Assembly (NCBI GenBank): GCA_963783375.1
Contig: CAWANH010000029.1
Location: 1,152,001 to 1,216,000, forward strand
Reading direction: 5' to 3'
DNA length: 64,000 bases
Source of the DNA: Candidatus Eiseniibacteriota bacterium
GTDB taxonomy: Bacteria; Eisenbacteria; RBG-16-71-46; JABDJR01
Below the pieces are notes generated by a model, which searched no databases, had not been told where the DNA came from, and saw only the letters and a program-made list of their open reading frames with translations. The position numbers and the translations under genes were made by a program. Positions 55,500 to 64,000 of this stretch are shown one piece after another (position 1 is the stretch's first letter; each line of letters starts with the position of its first letter).

Positions 55500-56324
55500 A
55501 TGGCCACCTACGTGATCGGCGACGTTCAGGGCTGCTTCCGGACGCTCACGAACCTTCTGAGGCGGATCGACCATCGCCCGGGTCGCGACCGGCTGTGGCT
55601 GGCCGGGGACCTGGTGAACCGCGGCCCCGCCTCGCTCCGGGTCCTGCGCTGGGCGGCGAACCAGGGCGAGGGCATCACCGCGGTGATGGGCAATCACGAC
55701 CTGCACCTCCTCGCTCGGGCCGCCGGCGCGGCGGAGGCCGAACCCGGCGACACCCTGGACGACGTCCTCGCCGCCCCCGACCGTGACGCGCTCCTGGACT
55801 GGCTTCGCGCGCGGCCGCTCTTCTTCGTGGACGGGGCGCACGCGCTGGTCCACGCCGGGCTCCACCCGGCGTGGACGGTGGAACGCGCGGCGGAACTCGC
55901 CGCCGAAGCCTCGGAGCGGGTGCGCGGCGGGAAGGGCCTGGCACGGCTCTATACCCCCGAACCACTCCCCCCCTGGAGCGACGACCTCGACCCCGATGAA
56001 CGGTTCCGGTTCACGACCGCCGTCTTCACCCGGCTCCGCACGCTGCGCGGGGACGGCGTCCCCTGCCTGGAGTTCTCCGGCCCGCCCGGGGAGGCGCCCC
56101 CGGGATGCGCCCCCTGGTACGCGGCACCGGACCGGCGAAGCGTCGGGACCCGGGTGTTCTTCGCCCACTGGTCGGCCCTGGGCCTTCACCTGGAGCCGGA
56201 CGCGGTTGGGCTCGACACCGGATGCGTTTGGGGGGGAACGCTCACCGCGTTCCGGCTCGAGGACGGGACGGTGTTCCGGGAGCCTCTTGCCGATCCCGTC
56301 GCGCCGCGCCGCAGTCGAGGGTGA
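55500..56324 (+). CDS. apaH: Symmetrical bis(5'-nucleosyl)-tetraphosphatase
   Basis: IGDVQGC, GDLVNRGP, GNHDLH, HAG, LDTGCVWGG. Confidence 0.92.
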   Translation: MATYVIGDVQGCFRTLTNLLRRIDHRPGRDRLWLAGDLVNRGPASLRVLRWAANQGEGITAVMGNHDLHLLARAAGAAEAEPGDTLDDVLAAPDRDALLDWLRARPLFFVDGAHALVHAGLHPAWTVERAAELAAEASERVRGGKGLARLYTPEPLPPWSDDLDPDERFRFTTAVFTRLRTLRGDGVPCLEFSGPPGEAPPGCAPWYAAPDRRSVGTRVFFAHWSALGLHLEPDAVGLDTGCVWGGTLTAFRLEDGTVFREPLADPVAPRRSRG

Positions 56325-56336
56325 TGCGGACGCGGG

Positions 56337-56834
56337 TCAGGCGCCGAGCTTCCGGAGCGCCCGCGGCTCCATGAGCCATTCCAGGTGGCCTCGGCCGGCG
56401 TGGGGCTCCCAGTCGACGCAGGCCACCCCCGCCTTCCTGAGGGCAAATGGAGGCTCGGCCCGGAACCCGAGACACGCCGCGATCAACCGGTCCAGGTTGG
56501 GCGCGTGCCCCACGCAGAGGATGGCCGTCTCCGAGCGCCGCTCCAGGGTGCGGAGAAACGCGGCGGGATCGCCCTCGGGACGCAGGTCCGCGGCGACCTC
56601 CACTTCGGCCGGATCCTCCCCCAGCACCAGGGCGGCGATCTCCGCGGTCTGCCGGGCCCGCACCAGGGGGCTCGCCAGCACCGCATCGATCGCGATCCCC
56701 TGGGCGGCCAGGCCCCGGGCCGCGTAGCGGGTCCGCCGCGCCCCCTTGGGGGTGAGCGGGCGCTCGTCGTCGGGGGGGCAGGCGGGATCCATCCGATCCA
56801 CCGCGATCCCGTGCCGCATCAGGTAGAGCTTCAT
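56337..56834 (-). CDS. sixA: Phosphohistidine phosphatase SixA
   Basis: LYLMRHG, RPLT..G, SPLVRARQTA, VGHAP; overlaps CHAD gene stop. Confidence 0.88.
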   Translation of the reverse strand: MKLYLMRHGIAVDRMDPACPPDDERPLTPKGARRTRYAARGLAAQGIAIDAVLASPLVRARQTAEIAALVLGEDPAEVEVAADLRPEGDPAAFLRTLERRSETAILCVGHAPNLDRLIAACLGFRAEPPFALRKAGVACVDWEPHAGRGHLEWLMEPRALRKLGA

Positions 56835-58363
56835 CGTTCGTCCTTCGGATGCGCCGCCGCAGCGGCGCGGGCCCGGCGGCGGAGTTTTCCGGTCAGCTTC
56901 CCGAACTCCCGCCACAGAACCTCGAACCGCTTCCGTCGGCGTTTCGCTTTCCGCTTCCGACGGTCGATCAGTGCGCCCAGAACGAGGAGCCGGTCCACGT
57001 TGGGATGGGGGTCCGACGCGATCACCCCGGCCAACCCGCGCAGGTGGTCGATGGCCACCCGGGCGTCCTGGGCCTCCCCCAGCACGTCCTGAAATCGGGC
57101 CAGCCGGCGGACCGCCTTCCGGAATCCCGCCGGCTCGATATCCGAGAAGCACTCGCTCACGTAGCGAAGCCGCTTGAGCCCGATCCGGATCCGGTGCCGG
57201 TCCTCCTCGCTCAGGCTCTCCACCGGACGCTTCCGCCACCGGCTCACCTTGGACGACGCCCGCCCGATCACCGGAACCGCGGCCTCGGCCACCGTCCGGG
57301 GGCGGGGCGCTCCGGTGGCGGGGGGTTCGGCGGGGCGGAGGGACTCGAGCCTCCCCACCAGGGCGTCGAACTCCGCCGAGGCCAGCTCACGCCGCGCGTC
57401 CTCGGCGGTGGCGGTCCGGCGCCGCGCGAAGGCCTCGAGGAGCCACGCGGCGGTCTTGGGTGGGGCCTCGACGGCGACGAGCTCCGATTCCAGGAGCGGA
57501 AGCAGGACGTCGAAGTCCCGCGCCCGCCCCAGGCGCCGCCCCAACTCTCCCAGGTCGCGCGATACCGCGGCCGCCCGCGGGGATTCCAGCTCGCCGGCGA
57601 AGACCCGGAGCACGGCGCGGGCGCGTCGGATGGCCACCCGGATCTGGTGCAGGTACTCGGGGTCGAGATCGAGCGCCGCGCCGCGGCGGTGGGCGCGAAG
57701 GACCCGGACCTGGCGGGCGAGGAGCTTCCGCGCGGCCTCTCCCGGGACGTCCTCGGGCTGTACCCGGAGCGCCTCGGGGACCGGGGCGCCGGGTTCTGGG
57801 AGCCCCAGGGCGTCGAGCCCCGCGCGCATCGGATCGAAGGCCTCGACCGCGTCCCCGGCCACCCGGCTCATCACGAAGTCCCGGATCTCCAGGTCGGCCG
57901 GACCGGCCCCGGAGGCGTGGACACGCACCGGGCCCTCGATCTCGCGGCCGTCGAGGGGGTCGATGAAGGTGAACTCCTCCACCGTCACCGCGATGTCGTG
58001 GCCGCGCCCCGCCCGATAGGTGCGGGAGCGGCAGCCCACGGTGAGGAGCGGCACCAGCCCCTCTCCCGCGGAAGCCTTCCGCACCCGCTTCGCCACCGGC
58101 CCCGGCGGCGGACCGGCGGGATCGTACTCCCCTTCCTGGGTCGCGCGCTTCTTCGCGTCGCCGGTGAGCGCCCAGCCCGCGTGGTCCCGGTGCATGAGGC
58201 GGAGTCCGCAGCGGGAGAGCCGACCGGTCACGGTCTCCAGGTAGGTCTCGGTCCACCGGCGGTCGGCGGCGGGATCGTCCGCCAGCCCGCCCTCCGCGAA
58301 GAGGAGCGGGAGCTGGGTCCTGACCCGGCCGATTTCCCGGCGATCGATGAGTTTCATGTCCAT
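56831..58363 (-). CDS. CHAD-domain protein with degenerate CYTH-like N-terminus
   Basis: EYLHQIRVAIRRAR, RDFDV, HRIRIGLKRLRY, QDVLGEAQD. Confidence 0.85.
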   Translation of the reverse strand: MDMKLIDRREIGRVRTQLPLLFAEGGLADDPAADRRWTETYLETVTGRLSRCGLRLMHRDHAGWALTGDAKKRATQEGEYDPAGPPPGPVAKRVRKASAGEGLVPLLTVGCRSRTYRAGRGHDIAVTVEEFTFIDPLDGREIEGPVRVHASGAGPADLEIRDFVMSRVAGDAVEAFDPMRAGLDALGLPEPGAPVPEALRVQPEDVPGEAARKLLARQVRVLRAHRRGAALDLDPEYLHQIRVAIRRARAVLRVFAGELESPRAAAVSRDLGELGRRLGRARDFDVLLPLLESELVAVEAPPKTAAWLLEAFARRRTATAEDARRELASAEFDALVGRLESLRPAEPPATGAPRPRTVAEAAVPVIGRASSKVSRWRKRPVESLSEEDRHRIRIGLKRLRYVSECFSDIEPAGFRKAVRRLARFQDVLGEAQDARVAIDHLRGLAGVIASDPHPNVDRLLVLGALIDRRKRKAKRRRKRFEVLWREFGKLTGKLRRRARAAAAAHPKDER

Positions 58364-58431
58364 GGCATGGCCCGATGTGCGCGGCGGGTTCCCCGATCCG
58401 GTTCCCCCGCGCCCGGCCCGCGTCGAAGCGG

Positions 58432-58830
58432 TCAGCCCGCGTCGATGAGCGCGGCGATGTCTTCGGTCAACTTCTGGAGGCGGGCCAGATCCTTGGCCCG
58501 TCCCTTTTCCGGTTTGAGCTTGGTGGTACCGATCCGTCCCAGCGCCTCGCGGGATGTCGCGGTGGGGGGAACCATGGGCGAAGCCCCGTCCCCCTCCAGC
58601 CGGGCCAGAACCGCGGCGAGGTCGCCGTCCACCCGGGCGGTGTACTGCTCGAGGGTCTCCCGAAGCGCGACGCGTAGACCCTGGACTTCCCGGGCCAGGG
58701 TCTCGGCCAGAGCGCGCTTCCCGGAACCCCGGCGGGCCGCCGCTCCCGGCTTCGGTCCCGTTCCCTTCGGCGGGGCCGCGTCCCCGGATGGTTTCCGCCT
58801 ACCGGCCCGCGCCGGTTTCGCTGCTTCCAT
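58432..58830 (-). CDS. Small basic hypothetical protein in the polyP operon
   Basis: 132 aa ORF co-oriented within the operon; helical C-terminal half. Confidence 0.5.
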   Translation of the reverse strand: MEAAKPARAGRRKPSGDAAPPKGTGPKPGAAARRGSGKRALAETLAREVQGLRVALRETLEQYTARVDGDLAAVLARLEGDGASPMVPPTATSREALGRIGTTKLKPEKGRAKDLARLQKLTEDIAALIDAG

Positions 58831-59542
58831 GATTGCTTTCCCCCGCCGGACCCCTGCGGCCGAGGACCGCCTGGACCCGGCTCTTCAGATCCCGGTTGAG
58901 GACCGGGATCGACCGGTTGCCGTTCAGCTGCTCGAAGCCGTAGGTCGTCTCCAGGCGCTTGAACGCGGCGCGCAGGCGCCGCTGGTAGCGGACGAAGCTT
59001 TCGTGCCAGTCGCGCGAGAGTCCGAGGTCCATCCCCGATTCCCAGTAGTCGAGGCTCCCCCGGGCCCGGAGGATCCGTTCGGCCAGGTTGTTGGTGGAGA
59101 CCACGAGGTGGTAGACCGCGTCGGGGACGATGGCCATGGAGTAGAGGGAGCGGAGCCAATCCTCGTCGCCTCCGCGCACCATGTCCCGGGCCATGAGGGT
59201 GAAGATGTAGCGGTCGGCCAGCACCACGTAGCCGGCGCGAAGGGCGGGCACGATCCGGTTCTCGAGCTGATCGTAGAAATCGGAGGCGTAGAAGAGGGAC
59301 ATGGTGCGGGGGCTCAGGACGTTGCCTTCCTGGGCCTTCTCCAGGACCGGGGCGACCAGGGTGGAGCGTTTGATCCCGGCCTCGGCCACCGCATAGCCGC
59401 TCTGCTCCAGCCACTGGGAGAGGAGCCCGATCTGGGTGGAGCGGCCCGATGCGTCGGGGCCCTCGATCACGATGAGGAAGCCGCCCAACCCGGCCGGGTC
59501 CACCCCGGGGAGGGGATCGCCGAAGAACCGTTTGATGCTCAT
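58799..59542 (-). CDS. Thymidylate-kinase-like protein (copy 2, P-loop Lys to Arg)
   Basis: IEGPDASGRSTQ, VLADRYIFT; ATGA overlap with copy 1. Confidence 0.8.
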   Translation of the reverse strand: MSIKRFFGDPLPGVDPAGLGGFLIVIEGPDASGRSTQIGLLSQWLEQSGYAVAEAGIKRSTLVAPVLEKAQEGNVLSPRTMSLFYASDFYDQLENRIVPALRAGYVVLADRYIFTLMARDMVRGGDEDWLRSLYSMAIVPDAVYHLVVSTNNLAERILRARGSLDYWESGMDLGLSRDWHESFVRYQRRLRAAFKRLETTYGFEQLNGNRSIPVLNRDLKSRVQAVLGRRGPAGESNHGSSETGAGR

Positions 59543-60201
59543 GTGCGGGCCCTCGTCCGGAACCGCGGAAGATCGATCCGCTCCGAGATGATCTCGCGGA
59601 CGTGATGCTGCTGGTCGGGAATGGTGCGGGTGGCGTCCATGACCGTGAACCCGAACTCGTCCACCATCTCCAGGTACTGCTCCATCACCCGCCCCTGGAA
59701 GATCCGGAAGCTCTCGGCGATGTCCGGGGAGAGATTGAGATCCATCCCCGCCTCGAAGAACTTGAGCCGGGGGCGCCCGGCGAGAATCCGCCCCAGGGTG
59801 ACCTCCAGGGGGGCGTGGAAGAAGAAGGTGATGTCGGGCACCCGGGCGAATTGATACAGGTTCCGGAGCCACTCCGCATCGCAACCGCGCACCGCGTCCC
59901 GGGCGAAGGAGGTGAAGAAATAACGATCGCAGAGGACGAGGTAGCCGGCCTTGAGCATGGGGAGGATCTGTCGCTCGTAGCGATCGGTGAAATCGGTGGC
60001 GTGGATCAGGCTGAAGGTGGTGGGGGTGAGGAGCTGGCGCTTCTTCCCCTTCTTGGTGGCCGCCTTCACCAGCTCACTGGAGTTCCACTCCGAGAACGAG
60101 ACCCGGTACCCCAGGCCGGAGAGCCACTCGTGGACCAGATGAATCTGGGTGGACTTGCCCGATCCGTCGAGCCCCTCCACCGCGATCAGCTTTCCCGGCA
60201 T
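59539..60201 (-). CDS. Thymidylate-kinase-like protein (copy 1)
   Basis: VEGLDGSGKSTQ, LCDRY; GGAGG RBS. Confidence 0.85.
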   Translation of the reverse strand: MPGKLIAVEGLDGSGKSTQIHLVHEWLSGLGYRVSFSEWNSSELVKAATKKGKKRQLLTPTTFSLIHATDFTDRYERQILPMLKAGYLVLCDRYFFTSFARDAVRGCDAEWLRNLYQFARVPDITFFFHAPLEVTLGRILAGRPRLKFFEAGMDLNLSPDIAESFRIFQGRVMEQYLEMVDEFGFTVMDATRTIPDQQHHVREIISERIDLPRFRTRART

Positions 60202-60250
60202 CGTGTCTCCTCCCTCCCCGCCGGCCGATAGCCCGCGCGGTCCCCGTACC

Positions 60251-61840
60251 TCATTCCGTCTCCCGCTCCGGGCGGATCCGGACCTCCACCCCGAACGTCT
60301 TCTCGAAGAGCTGGGCCCGCTTTCCCAGGGACCACCGCTCGAGGAGAATCTCCTCCTCCACTCGGGGCTTCAGCACCACCGTCTCCCCCTTCACGTTCGC
60401 CCGCACTCCGCGGACCAGCTGCCGGTGCTCGCGATCCAGCGCGTCGGCCATCCGGAGGAGCCCCGCCATGCGCACCACCCGGGTCCGGTCCTTCTCGTCG
60501 AGGCGGGCGAAGAGCTCGTGCTCCAGGCTCGGATCGCTCTTCCGGTGGTAGCGGGCCACGTGGGCGGTGAGGAGAATCTCCCGCGGGGAGAGCCCGGCCA
60601 CCTCGGAATTGGAGATGACGTAGAAACTGTGGCGGTGGTGTTTCTTGTAGCTGATGTACCCCCCCACGTCGTGGAGGAGCGCGGCGGCGAGGAGGATCCG
60701 GCGGTACTCCGGAGCCAGCCCGTGGAGGCCGCTCAACTGGTCGAAAAGGTCGCGGGCCAGGCCGGCCACGTGGGCGGCGTGGTCCTCGTCGAAGAGGTAG
60801 CGGCGGCCGAGGTTCAACGCGGCGTCGAACACCTCCCGCTCCCGGCGCTCGTCATGGCTCACCTGGCTGGTCAGGGCGTCCACCACGTCGAGAAGGACGC
60901 CCTCCTTCACCCCCGCGTGGGGGACGGTGATGCGGCTCACCCCGACCAACTCGGCCAGCCGGGCGAAGACCAGGGCGGCCGGGAAGATCACGTCGGCCCG
61001 GTCCTCGCGGAGCCCCAGCTCATCGACCCGGCGGCGGTAGGAGAGCCGGGACAGGGTCTCGATGACCCGGCGGAGGTCGGCGACCGGGACCACGCTCACC
61101 CCGCTTCCGTCCGGCTCCGCTCCGGCCAGCTTGGCCAGGGACTCCATGTTCCCGCCGGTGGCGATCAGGCCGTAGGGCTTCCGGTGGCGGGTCACCGAGG
61201 GGACGCGAAGGGTATCCACGTACTCCGAGAGGACGCGGCGGAAGCGCCCCGGATCCTCGTCGGCGCCGGCCAGTTCCTCGAGGAGCCGCACCGAGCCCAT
61301 GGTGTGGGACTCGCTCCAGAGAATGCCCGAGTCGTCGACCAGCGAGACCTCGACGCTTCCTCCTCCCAGATCCACCAGCACCCACTGCTCGCGGCCCAGG
61401 GTAACCCGGTTCCGGATGGCCAGGTGCACCAGCCGCGCTTCCTCGGAGCCGGTGATGAGATCCACTTCCAGGCCGGATTCCTTTTTCACCCGGGCGAGGA
61501 ACGCCTCCCCGTTGGTGGCTTCGCGGACCGCGCTGGTGGCCACCGCCCGGTAGGCGGCGATCTCCTGCTCTTCCATGGTGCGGCGGAAGCCGGCCAGCGC
61601 AGCCACCGCCTCGTCCATGGCCGCCTCGGAAAGCTTTCCGGTGAGGAACACCCCGTGACCCAACCGCACCGCCACCCGTTCCGAGGCGAGGATGGTGGAG
61701 CGGTGCCGGTCGGTGAACTCGGCGGCCAGGAAGCGGATGGCGTTGGAACCCGCATCGACGCAGGCCACGCGGACCGGAAACGATGTCTTGGCCCGGCCGG
61801 TGGGCGCGGCCGAAGCCCCGGTGCTCGTGGAGTGGCTCAT
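60251..61840 (-). CDS. ppx: Ppx/GppA exopolyphosphatase with C-terminal HD domain
   Basis: DAGSNAIR, ATSAVREA, EEARL, DLGGGS, RADVI, LLHDVG. Confidence 0.9.
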   Translation of the reverse strand: MSHSTSTGASAAPTGRAKTSFPVRVACVDAGSNAIRFLAAEFTDRHRSTILASERVAVRLGHGVFLTGKLSEAAMDEAVAALAGFRRTMEEQEIAAYRAVATSAVREATNGEAFLARVKKESGLEVDLITGSEEARLVHLAIRNRVTLGREQWVLVDLGGGSVEVSLVDDSGILWSESHTMGSVRLLEELAGADEDPGRFRRVLSEYVDTLRVPSVTRHRKPYGLIATGGNMESLAKLAGAEPDGSGVSVVPVADLRRVIETLSRLSYRRRVDELGLREDRADVIFPAALVFARLAELVGVSRITVPHAGVKEGVLLDVVDALTSQVSHDERREREVFDAALNLGRRYLFDEDHAAHVAGLARDLFDQLSGLHGLAPEYRRILLAAALLHDVGGYISYKKHHRHSFYVISNSEVAGLSPREILLTAHVARYHRKSDPSLEHELFARLDEKDRTRVVRMAGLLRMADALDREHRQLVRGVRANVKGETVVLKPRVEEEILLERWSLGKRAQLFEKTFGVEVRIRPERETE

Positions 61841-61976
61841 GACGACCATTGTAGACAATCCGGCGCCTCTCTTGGGGATCGACGGGCGGCCCGGATTGCC
61901 GGACACCGGACCCGCGCGGTAGGCTTGAGATCCTCGTCCCGCCCCACCTCCCGATCCCCCGCCTTGAGGACGCGCC

Positions 61977-63492
61977 ATGCTTGCCCAGGTTCGAACCATC
62001 TCCCTCTGGGGGATCGACGTCGTGCCCGTCACCGTGGAAACCGACGTGGGGGACGGCCTCCCCCGCACCGTGATCGTGGGACTCCCCGACAGCACCATCC
62101 GCGAGAGCCAGGAGCGGTTGGTGGCCGCCTTCAAGCACTCGGGGCTGGAGCTTCCCGACGGCCGGGTCACCGTGAACCTCTCCCCCACCGATCTTCGGAA
62201 GAGCGGCTCGCACTACGATCTCCCCATCGCGGTGTCCCTGGGCCTGGCCGCGGGAATCGTACCCAAGGCGCGGGTGGCGGACCTGGCTTTCCTGGGCGAG
62301 CTGGCCCTGGACGGATCCCTACGCCCGGTCAGCGGGGTGCTCCCCGCGGCCCGGTGGGCGCGTTCGGCGGGGGTGCGCGCGCTGGTGGTGCCCGAGGCCA
62401 ACGGCGTCGAGGCCGCGGCGGCCGGCCTTCCGGTATGGGCGGTGCGGACCCTTGCGGATCTCTTCCGATACCTCTGGGAGGGGGGCGATGCCGCGCCCCC
62501 TCCCGCGGCGGCCGCGCCGGCAACGGCGGCCCCGGTGGGCGACCTGGCCGACGTCCGCGGGCAGCTGCCGGCCAAGCGCGCCCTCGAGGTCGCGGCGGCC
62601 GGGGGGACACAACTTGCTGTTCGTGGGCCCGCCGGGATCGGGAAAGACCATCCTGGCCCGGCGGGTGCCGGGGATCCTCCCCGAGCTTTCGGGGGAGGAC
62701 GCCATCGAGGCCACCTGCATCCACTCCGCGGCGGGACAGCTTCGCCCGGGTGAAGGGCTGCTGCGCGTGCCGCCGTTTCGGGCGCCCCATCACACGGTCT
62801 CGAGCGTGGCCCTGGTGGGCGGCGGCTCGGTTCCCCGTCCCGGCGAGGTGAGCCTGGCCCACAACGGGGTGCTCTTCCTGGACGAGTTCGCCGAGTTCCA
62901 CCGGGACGCGCTGGAGGCGTTGCGCCAGCCCCTGGAAGAGGGCCGGGCGGTCATCTCCCGCGCCCGCTACACCGTCACCTTTCCGGCCCGGTTCACGCTC
63001 ATCGCCGCGGCCAACCCGTGTCCCTGCGGCCACCACGGCGACGCCCTGCGGGTCTGCCGCTGCACCGCCCACCAGGTGGAGCAGTACCGGCGGCGGATCT
63101 CGGGGCCGCTCCTGGACCGCATGGACCTCCAGATCGAGGTGCCCCGGGTGCGGGTGGAGGATCTCTCGGGGGGGAAGCGCGGCGAGGCGTCGTCGGTGGT
63201 GGCCGCCCGGGTGGCCCGGGCGCGGGAGGTGCAGCTGGAGCGCCAGGGGCGGTTGAACGGACACCTGGGCCTGAAATCCACCGAGCGCTGGTGCCGCGCC
63301 GAGCCCGACGCCCAACGCATGCTGGAGCACGCGTTGGAGCGATTCGGGCTCTCGGCGCGGGCGTACCACCGGGTCCTGCGCGTGGCCCGGACGACGGCCG
63401 ACCTGGGGCGCTCCCCCGCCATCACCACCGCCCACATCGCCGAGGCGGTGCAGTACCGGGCGCTGGACCGGAGCGCGGTGAGGCGGGATTAG
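61977..63492 (+). CDS. comM: YifB/ComM Mg-chelatase-like AAA ATPase; frameshift at ~62603
   Basis: VGLPD, VNLSP, GELALDG, AAAGG then HNLL..GPPGSGKT, FRAPHH, LAHNGVLFLDE in next frame; shift in a G6 run. Confidence 0.9.
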
Positions 63493-63559
63493 GCGCGGGA
63501 TCCAGGGTCCCGCCCGACGGATCCAACGGGATACCCCGGGGAGGAAGGCGCGTTCTTCG

Positions 63560-64000
63560 TCAGCCGGAACGCATACGCCGGGCCTCGATGACGCTTTCGA
63601 ATCCCCAGTAGTACCACGTTCCCTTGAGCACGCGGTTCCGCCGCCGGGACCGCCTCTCCTGCACCGCTCCCAGCAGGTACATCAGCCGCATCGTGCCGCG
63701 GTTCCGGCGCACCCGCCGCGTGACCGTGAATCCCCGCGATTCCACCCGGGCCAGGATCTCGTCGAAGCGCGGAAGCGATCGGTGGGTCGGATCGTCGTGG
63801 AAGTTCAACGTCCCGTCACGGGAAGGGAACTCCGTCGAGGCCTCGGACGGAAAGGCCAGGTAGAGCCTTCCTCCGGCGGCGACGACCTCGCACATCGCAT
63901 CGAGCACCGCCCGGGGGTCGTCGCAATGCTCCAGGTTGTGCGAGGACAGGACCGCGTCGAAGCCGTCCCCCACGGCCCGGATCCCCTCGGGGAATCTCCC
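63560..64000 (-). CDS. Class I SAM-dependent methyltransferase, 5' truncated by window edge
   Basis: FDAVLSSHNLEH..DP...GGRLYL. Confidence 0.7.
   Translation of the reverse strand, partial: GRFPEGIRAVGDGFDAVLSSHNLEHCDDPRAVLDAMCEVVAAGGRLYLAFPSEASTEFPSRDGTLNFHDDPTHRSLPRFDEILARVESRGFTVTRRVRRNRGTMRLMYLLGAVQERRSRRRNRVLKGTWYYWGFESVIEARRMRSG

Overview
GC-rich (~70% by eye), gene-dense bacterial chromosome segment. Secreted proteins ending in FlgD-Ig/T9SS-like domains and a three-subunit Sdh suggest an FCB-group lineage such as Eisenbacteria/Krumholzibacteria/Latescibacteria (inference). In order: a C25 gingipain-like protease; a six-gene signalling cluster (membrane HD-GYP-PP2C fusion, GAF-HD-GYP, two PilT-like ATPases, HEAT-repeat Ser/Thr kinase, membrane FHA protein); a ~1700 aa domain-rearranged PEP-synthase-like dikinase translationally coupled to a MaeB homologue lacking its catalytic residues; a DUF2723 glycosyltransferase; a Nudix hydrolase; an S8/S53-like protease; treX-treY-treZ; TauE/DUF1634; HtrA; sdhCAB; a MITE-like repeat element; sufBCDUT without sufS; GNAT-SRPBCC, mnmA, iscS; a cyclophilin and two TPR proteins; glgP; apaH; a polyphosphate-type operon (ppx, two thymidylate-kinase-like genes, small ORF, CHAD, sixA); comM/yifB; and a partial methyltransferase. 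Five single-base frameshifts look like long-read assembly errors. No rRNA, tRNA or CRISPR array was seen. Best candidates for undescribed systems: the dikinase plus pseudo-malic enzyme pair, the kinase/FHA/PP2C/HD-GYP/PilT module, and the tandem TMK-like kinases in the polyP operon. All calls come from motif recognition by eye; no searches were run.
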